A DNA stretch of 56,299 nt from Nitrospinaceae bacterium (GCA_029261695.1 JAJDAV010000113.1:1-56299); one strand, 5' to 3'; positions 1 to 9,600 are shown, counted from the first letter of the stretch. The notes: generated by a model from the letters alone, not told the origin. Translations and numbers: made by a program.

Positions 1-1790
1 CGCGAAGCCTGCCCAAGTGTGACGGGGCGAATCGCTTCCAGCTTTTGCGCGACTTCATTCGATAGACCGGGCACACCTTCGTATTGAAAGCTTTCTGGGA
101 TGCGGTAATGCTCCAACCTTTTTTGTTTTTCCACCAGTTGGTTCTGGCGGGCAATGAAGCCTTCGTACTTAACTTGAATCTCTACCTGCTCCCCCACCAA
201 TTGCGGAACTTCTTCGCCTTCGAAGGCACGAATCAAGCCATCATGAGTTACTTCCGGTCGACGCAATAAAACGTTCAAGGTGGTTGCATTACGTAGCTCA
301 TTGATACCCAGCTTTGATAATTTCGCCAGCGTTTCTTCGTTGGGCAGAACGGTGGTTGCTTCCAACCTTTTTATCTCACGTTCGACAGCATTGTATTTTT
401 CCATGCAGCGGTTATAAAGTTCGCCACTGACCAGCCCTAATTCATGGCCTTTCCCCATCAATCTTTGGTCGGCATTGTCTTGCCTTAAAATCAAACGGTA
501 TTCGGCTCGGGATGTGAACATGCGATAAGGTTCCTGCGTGCCTTTGGTCACAAGATCATCTATGAGCACCCCGATATAGCTATCCATTCTTGTCAATAAA
601 AACGGTTTGCGTTTTTGCGATTTGAGCGCAGCGTTAATTCCCGCCATCAAACCCTGACACGCTGCTTCTTCATAACCTGATGTTCCATTAATTTGGCCGG
701 CGTGGAACAATCCACTCACCCGCTTGGTTTCCAAAGATGGCGTTAACTGTGTGGGAGGAACAAAATCGTATTCTACAGCGTAACCGGGAAGAACAATCTC
801 GGCGTTTTCCAATCCGGGAATCGTTTGAACCAGTTGCCGTTGCACTTCTTCATCGAGACTGGTTGAAATGCCGTTTGGGTAAATCCAGTCTGTATCCAAG
901 CCTTCGGGTTCCAGAAAAATATTATGCGAATTCTTATCAGGGAATTTTACTACTTTATCCTCAATCGACGGACAGTAGCGTGGCCCGACGCCCTCAATGA
1001 TTCCACTGTATAGCGGTGACAGATGCATATTTTTGCGAATCACTTCCGCAGTTTTCTCATTCGTGGATGTGATATGACAAGGGATTTGATCGCGTTCTAT
1101 ATGAGTGGTCGAAAAAGAAAATGGTCTCGGAAGGGTGTCCCCATCTTGCACAACACATTTAGAAAAGTCGATGCTGTCGCGTTTCAGTCGAGGCGGAGTG
1201 CCGGTTTTTAAGCGACCCAGTTCGAATCCTGCCGCTAGAAAAGATTGCGATAATTTTGTCGAGGGTTTTTCACCCACACGTCCAGCGGGCCGGCTGTTGA
1301 GGCCTATATGAATCCGTCCGTTTAAAAATGTTCCTGTGGTGATGACCACCGAGGCGCACTGCAATTCAACGCCGCTCGCGGTTCGCATACCTCTCACTTC
1401 GTTGTTCTCAAAAATCAACTCATCCACTTCTTCAAAAATAAGTTCCAAGTTGGCGGTATTTTCAAGAACCCGGCGCATGGCCTCTTTATATTTATGCTTA
1501 TCTGCCTGAGCACGATAACCGTGCACAGCGGGACCTTTAGAGGAGTTTAATAAACGAAACTGTATTCCGGTTTCGTCTATCACCTTCGCCATCTCACCCC
1601 CGAGCGCATCTATCTCGCGCACAATATGTCCTTTACCGACGCCACCAATAGCAGGATTGCACGGCATCAGGGCAATTTTATCTGCCTCCAATGTGACCAA
1701 CGCCGTGGTGCAACCCATTCGTGCGGATGCCAAAGCTGCTTCGCAACCTGCGTGACCGCCTCCTATTACTATGACATCGTATCGTTTCAT
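1..1790 (-). CDS. mnmG: tRNA uridine 5-carboxymethylaminomethyl modification enzyme MnmG/GidA (partial; C-terminal about 25-30 aa lie beyond the left edge)
   Basis: Absent from the ORF track because it runs off the window. The reverse complement from ATG 1790-1788 reads MKRYDVIVIGGGHAGCEAALASARMGCTTALVTLEADKIALMPCNPAIGGVGKGHIVREIDALGGEM (FAD GxGxxG plus the MnmG signature). The frame stays open to position 1, ending ...LLRRPEVTHDGL...VEIQVKYEGFIARQ...GLSNEVAQKLEAIRPVTLGQAS. Confidence 0.92.
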   Translation of the reverse strand, partial: MKRYDVIVIGGGHAGCEAALASARMGCTTALVTLEADKIALMPCNPAIGGVGKGHIVREIDALGGEMAKVIDETGIQFRLLNSSKGPAVHGYRAQADKHKYKEAMRRVLENTANLELIFEEVDELIFENNEVRGMRTASGVELQCASVVITTGTFLNGRIHIGLNSRPAGRVGEKPSTKLSQSFLAAGFELGRLKTGTPPRLKRDSIDFSKCVVQDGDTLPRPFSFSTTHIERDQIPCHITSTNEKTAEVIRKNMHLSPLYSGIIEGVGPRYCPSIEDKVVKFPDKNSHNIFLEPEGLDTDWIYPNGISTSLDEEVQRQLVQTIPGLENAEIVLPGYAVEYDFVPPTQLTPSLETKRVSGLFHAGQINGTSGYEEAACQGLMAGINAALKSQKRKPFLLTRMDSYIGVLIDDLVTKGTQEPYRMFTSRAEYRLILRQDNADQRLMGKGHELGLVSGELYNRCMEKYNAVEREIKRLEATTVLPNEETLAKLSKLGINELRNATTLNVLLRRPEVTHDGLIRAFEGEEVPQLVGEQVEIQVKYEGFIARQNQLVEKQKRLEHYRIPESFQYEGVPGLSNEVAQKLEAIRPVTLGQAS

Positions 1791-1963
1791 GTTATCTTGC
1801 ACTCAATTGCCACAAACAAGATTTATTCCTCGTGGCGTATTTTGGCTTTTAAATATAATTCGGATACCCCATCCAATTGCGGGAAGGGGCTGTTCATTCG
1901 GAGTTCATATTTTACAATAAAACTCCATTTTTTTAGAACTAATAAACCAGATATCGACAACAA

Positions 1964-2767
1964 ATGGATTTACAAGAGGTAAACAGGGAAGTCAAACGCG
2001 AGTTTGAAGAGGAATGGGCAGGCACCTCCGTTGAAGCTCTACTGAAGACCAATAAATATCCACGGACTCAGGAAGAATTCGCCTGTCTGGAAAAGTTTCT
2101 TCCAAAAGACGACCTCATTCTGGAAGCAGGATGCGGACTCGGCCCCAAGCTCATTCATTTTGACAAAAAAAATTACAAAATCTGGGGAATCGACTATATC
2201 TATTCCGCTATAGAACAGGTTAAGAAATACAATTCCAATCTCGTTCTTGCCCAGTCAGATGTCCACGCGTTGCCGTTCCCTGAATCGACTTTTGGAGCTT
2301 ACCTTTCATACGGTGTGGTCGAACATTTTCCACAAGGACCGCAGGACTCTATCATCGAAGCTTATCGAGTCTTAAAACCCGGTGGACTGATTTTCATGAT
2401 GGTCCCGGCAGCCAACCCGGTAACGCATTTTGTTTATGACGAACAAAACTTCCTTCACAAATTAAGAAGAAACGGCCTGGTCAGAAAACTAATGGGCAAG
2501 CCCCCTTTACCCCCACAAGAAGATCACCTCACTTATTTCAAGTTGCACGAAAGAGAAGAGATGCGTGTCATTCTAGAAACAACCAAATTCGAAATTATTC
2601 ACGAGCAACCCATGAGCCACAGCTTTAATTTGTATCTTGGTTGCGAGTGCTTCCATAAAGACACTAATGGAAGAACCAATCGCCTCGCAGAAGGCTTGGC
2701 AGCATTGCTTCGAAAATTCTTCCCCTGGTCTTCCTGCAATTATCTTTTATTCGTTGGAAGAAAATAA
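1964..2767 (+). CDS. class I SAM-dependent methyltransferase (Methyltransf_11-like)
   Basis: 267-aa ORF with motif I LILEAGCGLGPK, acidic loop WGIDY, and post-I/II motifs LPFPESTFGAY and LKPGGLIFMMVP. Confidence 0.8.
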   Translation: MDLQEVNREVKREFEEEWAGTSVEALLKTNKYPRTQEEFACLEKFLPKDDLILEAGCGLGPKLIHFDKKNYKIWGIDYIYSAIEQVKKYNSNLVLAQSDVHALPFPESTFGAYLSYGVVEHFPQGPQDSIIEAYRVLKPGGLIFMMVPAANPVTHFVYDEQNFLHKLRRNGLVRKLMGKPPLPPQEDHLTYFKLHEREEMRVILETTKFEIIHEQPMSHSFNLYLGCECFHKDTNGRTNRLAEGLAALLRKFFPWSSCNYLLFVGRK

Positions 2768-2779
2768 TTCCGGTTTATT

Positions 2780-3706
2780 TTAAAGAAACAAAAGGCGGAG
2801 TTTTATCTTTAGCGAATCATCCATTGTGGCCGAACCTTGGAGATGGCGGAAGGCTGAACGCAGTAATCCCACAAAAAATGTAATCTTATATAGAGAGCGT
2901 AAAATAATATTCCAGAAAAAGGAATAATATTTGGAATAAAAATACAAGTTACTTCGATAGGCTTCTATTATTACTTTTTGGCGATATTTTTTCTGGTGGG
3001 TACTTTGACCGTGTAAATGCTGCACCGAAGTTTCAGGGTAAAAACAGATTTTTTTTCCATTCTTCCTAGCTCTTCGACAAAGATCATCTTCTTCGTTATA
3101 CAAAAAATGCTTTTCATCCATCAGCCCGATGGATTCAATAAGATCGCGGGTCACAACAAAGCAGCAACCTGAAATTACCTTCGCTTCCTTCGCCAGCATC
3201 GGTTCCATTCTTTTTAGTTCGCTTGCAGGATCATAAACCCCCATGATCTTTTTTGCCGCATCCTGCGGCGTGTCTTCCCACAAACGAATAGGGCAGGGCT
3301 GGCTGTTTTCATCAACGATTCCAGCTCCAAGGATGGAATACTCTGGATGACCTTCCATGAAGCTGACGATCTTTTTAAAACTGTTTTCTGTTAAAAGAGT
3401 ATCTGGGTTTAACAACCCTATCCTGTTACCTCGCGATATCATGATCCCCTGATTATTCGCGGCTGAAAACCCACGGTTATCTTGATTGGCAATCACTTTC
3501 ACATCTGGAAAAAGTTCAACCACTGCATCCACGGTTCCATCTTCTGAGGCGTTGTCCACAACAATCACTTCATAAGAAATTTCCTGCGTCTGTTTTTTCA
3601 GTGATCCAAGACAGCGCAGCAAAATATCCCGGGTATTGAAACTGACAATAACAAGAGTGATGTCTAGTTCGGCAGGCTGTGGGAATTTAAAACCAGGTGA
3701 GGTCAT
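2780..3706 (-). CDS. glycosyltransferase family 2 (GT-A fold)
   Basis: The track ORF is 2780..3760. Motifs: ITLVIVSFNTRD, YEVIVVDNASEDGT, NRGFSAANNQG, NEEDD. I place the start at ATG 3706 (MTSPGF...) because the TTG at 3760 directly abuts the C5/G5 hairpin with no spacer. 3760 remains an alternative start. Confidence 0.82.
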   Translation of the reverse strand: MTSPGFKFPQPAELDITLVIVSFNTRDILLRCLGSLKKQTQEISYEVIVVDNASEDGTVDAVVELFPDVKVIANQDNRGFSAANNQGIMISRGNRIGLLNPDTLLTENSFKKIVSFMEGHPEYSILGAGIVDENSQPCPIRLWEDTPQDAAKKIMGVYDPASELKRMEPMLAKEAKVISGCCFVVTRDLIESIGLMDEKHFLYNEEDDLCRRARKNGKKICFYPETSVQHLHGQSTHQKKYRQKVIIEAYRSNLYFYSKYYSFFWNIILRSLYKITFFVGLLRSAFRHLQGSATMDDSLKIKLRLLFL

Positions 3707-3769
3707 TTTTGCATTTAACTTTAAAGAAGGAATGGAAGCATTGGCATGTAATATAAGCAACCCCCTTTA

Positions 3770-3787
3770 TCCCCCTTATCAGGGGGA
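3770..3787. repeat. C5T/AG5 tetraloop hairpin (TCCCCCT-TATC-AGGGGGA), one member of a recurring intergenic motif
   Basis: Read directly: 7-bp perfect stem 3770-3776/3781-3787 with loop TATC, and another C5 run at 3761-3765. Similar hairpins occur at 33867-33882 and 48582-48599. Confidence 0.6.
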
Positions 3788-3891
3788 ATCATGAAAAAAT
3801 AAATCTGGAAATGCCCGTAAACTGAAGGTAAAAGGCCTGACCCCATTTAATGTATTACGGGCACCGACTTATCGTAACCGGCGCCTGCCGG

Positions 3892-5070
3892 TTAGCCCAT
3901 GATGAATTTTCGGTCGGGCAAAAAGTTTCCGTTACTATCGTAATATTCTTTTAGATTGTGCCAGCTCAAATGGATATCGCAATCTTGACAGATGGCAACA
4001 TCGAATCGTTTACGATTCACCATTTGATCGCGGTAGTTTTTCATCGTAGGGCCATTCCATACTTCTGTTATGGAATTTGTTTTCAAGTCTCCAACAACGG
4101 TTTGAGAAAACATATCAGCACAACAAAGAACCACACTACCATCCCAATAGACGACCATCCATTTCCACAATTGCGTGCAGGGTGCAATATTGGTCTGATT
4201 GAAACGTTTGTGTGTGTAACGCGTTTTATTATTGGTAGAGATTTCGAATTCTTTTACGAAAGCATCTTTGTCGAGTTTTCCCGCCCAGTTAGAAATAATA
4301 TTGTCATCGATGGAATTCAACACTACCGAGCAATCGTGAGAAGCGATTATTTTAAATAACTCCTGCTGCATGGTTTCTTCCACTGTTCTCAGTGTTTTGA
4401 TTCGAATGTTGACCGGAACAGGGTGCGCTGCTTTTTTATTTGCCTCGAGAAAGCTAACGATATTGTCGCGCACCACATCGAAACTCATTTTTTTAACATC
4501 TTCAAATGTCTGTTTGTCGAGTTCATCGAGACTGATGTCTACCCCGACCCCATGCTTAAGAAGAGTGGGAACAATTTTATCGTTGAGGAAAAAACCGTTA
4601 GTGAGAACTTCTACCTTATGAATTTTTGGATAGCGTTGCAGATATTCAATCCGCTCCTGCATAAACTTATCCATCAAAGGTTCACCAAAAGTTCCGAACG
4701 TCACCACACCGCCACGAGTTCCAAAGTCATCTATGATCTTGCGATAAACATCCATATCCATTGCACCCACGTTGGTGAGATCGGGATTCGGGCACCAGAC
4801 ACATTTTGCGTTGCATCGATTAGTTATGTCTATCAACAACGCCCCCGGCCATTCCTCAAGAGTTTTTGCCAGAGGTCGAACAGAAGCATCGAATAAAGAT
4901 GAGTCGTAAACTTTACGACGAAAATAATCCACAGCAGGAAAGAAAGGGATTTTCTTAATCCACGTCTTGAGTGGATTCTCTTTAACAGGATTGGGATTAT
5001 TTAATGGAACGGTAGCAACAGGGGATGGATCCAATTGCGGTTCTTTTTCTAGAGTGGAGTTTGGGTTCAT
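3892..5070 (-). CDS. radical SAM enzyme with C-terminal SPASM/twitch Fe-S domain
   Basis: 392 aa. It has the CX3CX2C cluster motif NRCNAKCVWCPNP and the Cys-rich C-terminus CTQLWKWMVVYWDGSVVLCCAD...ICQDCD, typical of SPASM domains. The Pro-rich N-terminal extension of about 60 aa is unassigned. Confidence 0.85.
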   Translation of the reverse strand: MNPNSTLEKEPQLDPSPVATVPLNNPNPVKENPLKTWIKKIPFFPAVDYFRRKVYDSSLFDASVRPLAKTLEEWPGALLIDITNRCNAKCVWCPNPDLTNVGAMDMDVYRKIIDDFGTRGGVVTFGTFGEPLMDKFMQERIEYLQRYPKIHKVEVLTNGFFLNDKIVPTLLKHGVGVDISLDELDKQTFEDVKKMSFDVVRDNIVSFLEANKKAAHPVPVNIRIKTLRTVEETMQQELFKIIASHDCSVVLNSIDDNIISNWAGKLDKDAFVKEFEISTNNKTRYTHKRFNQTNIAPCTQLWKWMVVYWDGSVVLCCADMFSQTVVGDLKTNSITEVWNGPTMKNYRDQMVNRKRFDVAICQDCDIHLSWHNLKEYYDSNGNFLPDRKFIMG

Positions 5071-5136
5071 TAAAATGTCCTAGGTTTCTTATACCTAGCG
5101 GATATTTTATCTGATTTCTTGATATAAACGGGCTGA

Positions 5137-6276
5137 TTATTTGACCAAAACGCTTTCATATAGGCTGAGCATGCTGTTTGCTGCTTTTTCCCATGAAAGC
5201 TTCTGCTGAACCACCGTTTTTGCCGCTTTTGCCATACTTTCAGAGCCTTGTGGATCTTCCAGGGCCAAAATTAGAGCTTTTGCCAGAGCATCTGCATCAT
5301 TGACCGGCACCAATCGGCCGGTTACACCATCTTCAATATTCTCCGGAATAGCACCCCCACGAGCAGCAATTACTGGAAGACCCGTCGCCAGGGCTTCGGC
5401 CACCGACAATCCAAAACTTTCGATACGGGATGGGAAAATTCCGATACTACTTTTAGTCGTTAGATTTTGAATTTCACGATCATTCAACCATCCCGTAAAT
5501 TCAACATGATCCGTTAGACCAAGATCAGCAATTCGAGATTTGTATTCCTGCAATCGGTTACCTTCGCCTACCAAAGTCAGTTTACTATCCACCTTCTTTG
5601 AAACAACTTTTTTAAATGCATCAAACAGTTCCGGTAAACCTTTTTCATCTTCCAGCCGCCCCCAAAACAATATTCGATTTAGATCCACTTGATTTCTTTC
5701 CACATCAAACCAAGAGCTATCTAGTCCGGGTGGGATTACTTTTACTCGATCCGCGTGGTCGGTTCCCAATCCCTTCACGATGAGGTCGCGGGAAAACTCA
5801 CTAAAAGCAATGATACAACCTGCCTCCACCATCGCCTGCCGCAAAAGATAAGTATTGATACTTTTTAGAAATTGAATCGGATGAGCCATTCCCTTCAACA
5901 TTCCAGTAGCAGGAATATTCGGCGCATGTGAAGTAAATACATAAGCAGATCGATTCATCCGAGCAATCAAACCAAAATGATAAGCCTCTTCTGCATTGCC
6001 GTGGATAACATCAAACTTTTCTTTTTTTAACAGCGTCCTTAATTCATTGGAATAGGAAAGAAAGTTAAAATTGATCGTGGCAAAATCATGATGGAACGCC
6101 CAATGGATTTTATAAGGAACATCCACATCAAAATTTTCATGGGGATACTTCGAATACAAGGTATGCACTTCATGACCTATGGCAGCGAGAGCGCAAGCAA
6201 GAGAATGCACTGCAAGCTGACCACCGCCTTTAAACTTGGACCAGGGCGAAGAATTTATTGTTAGACATATTTTCAA
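5137..6276 (-). CDS. glycosyltransferase family 4 (GT-B, group 1)
   Basis: 379 aa. The N-terminus GGGQLAVHSLACALAAIGHEV and the C-terminal E-x7-E region FPSRIESFGLSVAEALATGLPVIAARGGAIPE are typical of GT4/Glycos_transf_1. Confidence 0.85.
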   Translation of the reverse strand: MKICLTINSSPWSKFKGGGQLAVHSLACALAAIGHEVHTLYSKYPHENFDVDVPYKIHWAFHHDFATINFNFLSYSNELRTLLKKEKFDVIHGNAEEAYHFGLIARMNRSAYVFTSHAPNIPATGMLKGMAHPIQFLKSINTYLLRQAMVEAGCIIAFSEFSRDLIVKGLGTDHADRVKVIPPGLDSSWFDVERNQVDLNRILFWGRLEDEKGLPELFDAFKKVVSKKVDSKLTLVGEGNRLQEYKSRIADLGLTDHVEFTGWLNDREIQNLTTKSSIGIFPSRIESFGLSVAEALATGLPVIAARGGAIPENIEDGVTGRLVPVNDADALAKALILALEDPQGSESMAKAAKTVVQQKLSWEKAANSMLSLYESVLVK

Positions 6277-6394
6277 TGGAGAATCTCTCAGCGATACGCC
6301 GGATTGAATAAAAACACAATCGGATTATATCATCAAAATATTAGTCACATGAGCTGAGATCATGTAGTGGAGCGATCATTGAACTTTTACGGCT

Positions 6395-6931
6395 TCATCT
6401 TCTAGAATAAACGAGTTGGGCCACACCGTTTTTAGAAAAGTAGTGCTCGGAGAGTACCCATCCTGCCAATAAAGGAGTTTTCCCCAGCCATGGAATACCC
6501 ACACCAATTGTTTCTGGGATAATTGTTAAAACAATTTCATCGAGTAAGTTTTCTCTAACAAAAATATTTGCAACTTCCCCACCGCCAACAAGCCAAATTC
6601 GACCTTCTGTAGAAGCTTTAAGAGATGCAAACTTCTCCTTCCAGTTTGCTGAAACCTTTTCAACCCCGACTTCTTCAACTTTGAAATCCGAATTTTCACT
6701 TAAAACCAGCCCAGGTTTCCCCTGATAGGCGTATTCACCAAAGCTCAAAACTTTTTCATAAGTTTTTCTACCCATGACCACAGCCGAGACAGTCTTATAA
6801 AATGGTTCATAATCGTATGGTGTTCCCAGTGGCTCCATATAATTAGCCAACCATTCCACACCCTCGTCTTCTCTGGCAAGGAAACCATCCAAACTAACTG
6901 CCAAATAATAAATTGTGCTTGCCATTTTCAA
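6395..6931 (-). CDS. dihydrofolate-reductase-like protein (RibD C-terminal domain family)
   Basis: 178 aa with YYLAVSLDGF, VVMGRKTYE and IWLVGGGEVA, which match the RibD_C/DHFR-like fold pattern. Confidence 0.7.
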   Translation of the reverse strand: MKMASTIYYLAVSLDGFLAREDEGVEWLANYMEPLGTPYDYEPFYKTVSAVVMGRKTYEKVLSFGEYAYQGKPGLVLSENSDFKVEEVGVEKVSANWKEKFASLKASTEGRIWLVGGGEVANIFVRENLLDEIVLTIIPETIGVGIPWLGKTPLLAGWVLSEHYFSKNGVAQLVYSRR

Positions 6932-6944
6932 TTCCTTTTCTCGA

Positions 6945-9449
6945 CTAGTTTATTTTTTCACCTGGGAGCATGACTATAAAGGTTGCGCCTTCCCCCAGCC
7001 TACTCTTGACCGATAGGGTTCCATTATGCCGATCTACAATTTTTTTACAAATCGTCAGACCCAGTCCTGTTCCTTCGTATTCATTTCTTCCATGCAGTCT
7101 CTGAAAAGGCTCAAATATTTTTTTTGTATATTTTTCATCAAAACCAATCCCATTATCTTCGATAGAAATTTCACACGAACCATCTTTATTTTGTTTTGCA
7201 GTTATATTTACGTATGGATTTTTACCTTTCTGTATATATTTCAAGGAATTCGTAATAAGATTTATGAGTAGTTGATTAATTTGATTTTTATTACCATAAA
7301 TATTTGGAAGATTTGAAAAATCAATTTTACCATTTGCGGCAAGAATAATATGGCTTAGCTCCTCGCAAATTCCATTTACTTGCTCTTGCAAATCAATTTT
7401 ATCAAAGGTCAATCTCTCTTCTGACACCACCGAAAAATGCAGCATGTCTTCAATAAAGCAACTCATTTGAAGTGCTGAGTTTTGCATTCGATGAATATAA
7501 CTAATACTCTTTTCGTCCAAGTTAATTGCGCATTGTTTCAATCGGTCTCCAAACAAACTGATTTTACGAAGAGGGGCCTGTAAATCGTGTGAAGCAATTG
7601 ATGCAAACGCCTCTAAATCTTTTTCTGCTTTTTTTCTTGAAGTAATGTCTAACCCATATATGTTCAAATAATCTCTATCTATCATGGGGACCATATTGAA
7701 GCTATAAGTTCTTCCTTCAATCTCATCTTCAAACTCAATAATCTCTCTAGAAGAAAATGCCCTGCCAAGGTTATCTTGCCAGGCCTCTGGAACTGGATGA
7801 TTTAATTTAAAATTATATTTTCGGCTGATTTTTTCTGCCGACTTATTTAAATAAATAAATTTCCCCCCAGAACAGACTCTCATGGTCGGAAAAGGGTTTT
7901 CAGAAGCAAATTTTGATTCATTCAAAATTTGCTCTTCGATCTCTTTACGCTCAGTAATATCTTCAACTATTGCAACAAAGTAATCTACATTTCCATCTGC
8001 CTTGCGGATGCACCGCGCGGAAATACTTGCGTGGATAATGCGATTGCCCTTTCGGACAAATCGTTTCTCCATTGAATACCCCTCAATTTCCCCTGCTAAT
8101 ACTCGGTCAAACTGGCCAATGTCAGCCTCAAGATCATCGGGATAAGTTAACTCAAACCAAGTCATTTGGGTCAATTCTTCACGTGTATAGCCAAAAATTT
8201 CGCAAAGCTTTTGGTTGACCTCCAGCCAACCTTTTTCAGGAGAGGTTATGGCAATACCAATTAATGGCATTTCAAAATAACTTTTTAATTTTTCCTCACT
8301 GCTTTTTAATTTTTCAAAAATCCTTTTTCGATCAGATATATCTGTCGAAATCCCGCATGTACCGTAGTTAATACCGGAAGGGTCAACAAGAGGTGTCTTT
8401 ATGGACAAGTAGGTATGTAATCCGTCAGAATGAGGAGCAAATTCCTCAAATTCCAATGCTTCTCCAGATTTAATTACTACCTGATCATTTGCAAAAAATT
8501 TTCGCGCTATCTCATCTGGAAAGATCTCGAAATCTGTTTTCCCCTTTACATTTTCATTTTTTAAGTTAAAAAGCTCCTCAAACCTTTTATTAATAAAAAG
8601 ATACTTCCCATCTAAATCCTTCAAATACATAACGGAGGTTGTGTTTTCTGAAAGACTATTTAGGAGTTTTTCATTAGCTTCTTTAGACAAATGCATTTTA
8701 TTAAATTCTTTTGCCAAATCATCAATCTCATCTGAGCTTTTGGAAGTTTCGTTTGGATAGAAATTACTTTTCCCTTTTTCAACCACCCATGCTTTTAGCT
8801 TCCCTAGGGGATTAATAATTGATCTACCAAACCAAACCCCCCAGGCATAGAATACGAGAAAGGCTGACCCTACGAGGAACAACGTGTTTCTCTGAATAGA
8901 AATCAAATTTTTCCCAACTTTTTCTGCCTCCTTCGAAATCAAATCCAGTCTGTTTTTGGCGAGTTCTAAACCTACCCTCCTTATTTCCGAGGCAGAGATG
9001 TGAAACCTTTTTATTAAACCTTTTTCCTCTTGAGAAAAATTGGAAGAAAAAATTTTTGAAGCAGTTTCGCGCGTTTTTAGCAGCAATAATCCATTAGACC
9101 TTAATTGATTGGCTTCAATTTTTATTTGAGACAAAGTTTTTTTCGCATTTTTTTCAGTCATTGAACTCTCCAGACTTGCAATGATATTGAACAAGGAAGT
9201 CGTTCGCTCGGAAAATTTATTTTTGTCAATAGGATCACCCAAAAGTAAATAAAGGAATAGATGTCCTTCAGCTCTTTTGGAGTAATTGCTTAAGTCCAAA
9301 GAATTTTTGGATTGGGATAACCAAACGCTCTCCTTCTGCGCAAAAATTAAATTAGCTTGATCGCTTAAATAAAAACCACACAAAATCAAAAAAAATATGG
9401 CTATCCCCAACAAAAAAATTCCTAAATTTAATTTAGTTCCAATTTTCAT
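6945..9449 (-). CDS. membrane sensor histidine kinase (2 TM, extracytoplasmic helical domain, HAMP, three PAS, HisKA, HATPase_c)
   Basis: 834 aa. TM1 LGIFLLGIAIFFLILCGFYL; TM2 plus HAMP ...GRSIINPLGKLKAW...DEIDDLAKEFNKM; PAS-like blocks; H-box FASIASHDLQAPLRKI; N-box LINLITNSLKY; G-boxes EDNGIGF and GTGLGLTICKKIV. No response regulator lies adjacent. Confidence 0.9.
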   Translation of the reverse strand: MKIGTKLNLGIFLLGIAIFFLILCGFYLSDQANLIFAQKESVWLSQSKNSLDLSNYSKRAEGHLFLYLLLGDPIDKNKFSERTTSLFNIIASLESSMTEKNAKKTLSQIKIEANQLRSNGLLLLKTRETASKIFSSNFSQEEKGLIKRFHISASEIRRVGLELAKNRLDLISKEAEKVGKNLISIQRNTLFLVGSAFLVFYAWGVWFGRSIINPLGKLKAWVVEKGKSNFYPNETSKSSDEIDDLAKEFNKMHLSKEANEKLLNSLSENTTSVMYLKDLDGKYLFINKRFEELFNLKNENVKGKTDFEIFPDEIARKFFANDQVVIKSGEALEFEEFAPHSDGLHTYLSIKTPLVDPSGINYGTCGISTDISDRKRIFEKLKSSEEKLKSYFEMPLIGIAITSPEKGWLEVNQKLCEIFGYTREELTQMTWFELTYPDDLEADIGQFDRVLAGEIEGYSMEKRFVRKGNRIIHASISARCIRKADGNVDYFVAIVEDITERKEIEEQILNESKFASENPFPTMRVCSGGKFIYLNKSAEKISRKYNFKLNHPVPEAWQDNLGRAFSSREIIEFEDEIEGRTYSFNMVPMIDRDYLNIYGLDITSRKKAEKDLEAFASIASHDLQAPLRKISLFGDRLKQCAINLDEKSISYIHRMQNSALQMSCFIEDMLHFSVVSEERLTFDKIDLQEQVNGICEELSHIILAANGKIDFSNLPNIYGNKNQINQLLINLITNSLKYIQKGKNPYVNITAKQNKDGSCEISIEDNGIGFDEKYTKKIFEPFQRLHGRNEYEGTGLGLTICKKIVDRHNGTLSVKSRLGEGATFIVMLPGEKIN

Positions 9450-9600
9450 TTGCAGGGCATTAATAGAGTTGGATTTAAGTAAAAGCTACAGGGGGTTTGG
9501 TTCACCATTATAATAATATTCTAAACAAAAGTTCTTACTTTATGACCCTGCATCCGATTGCCAATATTTTTTTGGCAGGATTAATTAGGAGAGAAATTTT

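Noticed and set aside
84-1311. Four plus-strand track ORFs (84..269, 737..1000, 1023..1211, 1105..1311), and 1626..1982
   Set aside because: They lie antisense to, or out of frame within, the clearly recognisable minus-strand mnmG gene and its 5' region. They have no motifs and are shadow ORFs.
3721-3846. 41-aa minus-strand ORF (MGSGLLPSVYGHFQIYFFMIPPDKGDKGGCLYYMPMLPFLL) just downstream of the radical SAM/SPASM gene, considered as a RiPP precursor
   Set aside because: It reads straight through the C5/G5 hairpin repeat, so its PPDKGDKGG segment is the repeat translated. It has no SD sequence and runs into the GT2 5' region. It is most likely spurious.
3958-4896. Plus-strand ORFs 3958..4359, 4370..4621 and 4423..4896
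   Set aside because: They are antisense to the radical SAM gene, are low-complexity, and have no motifs.
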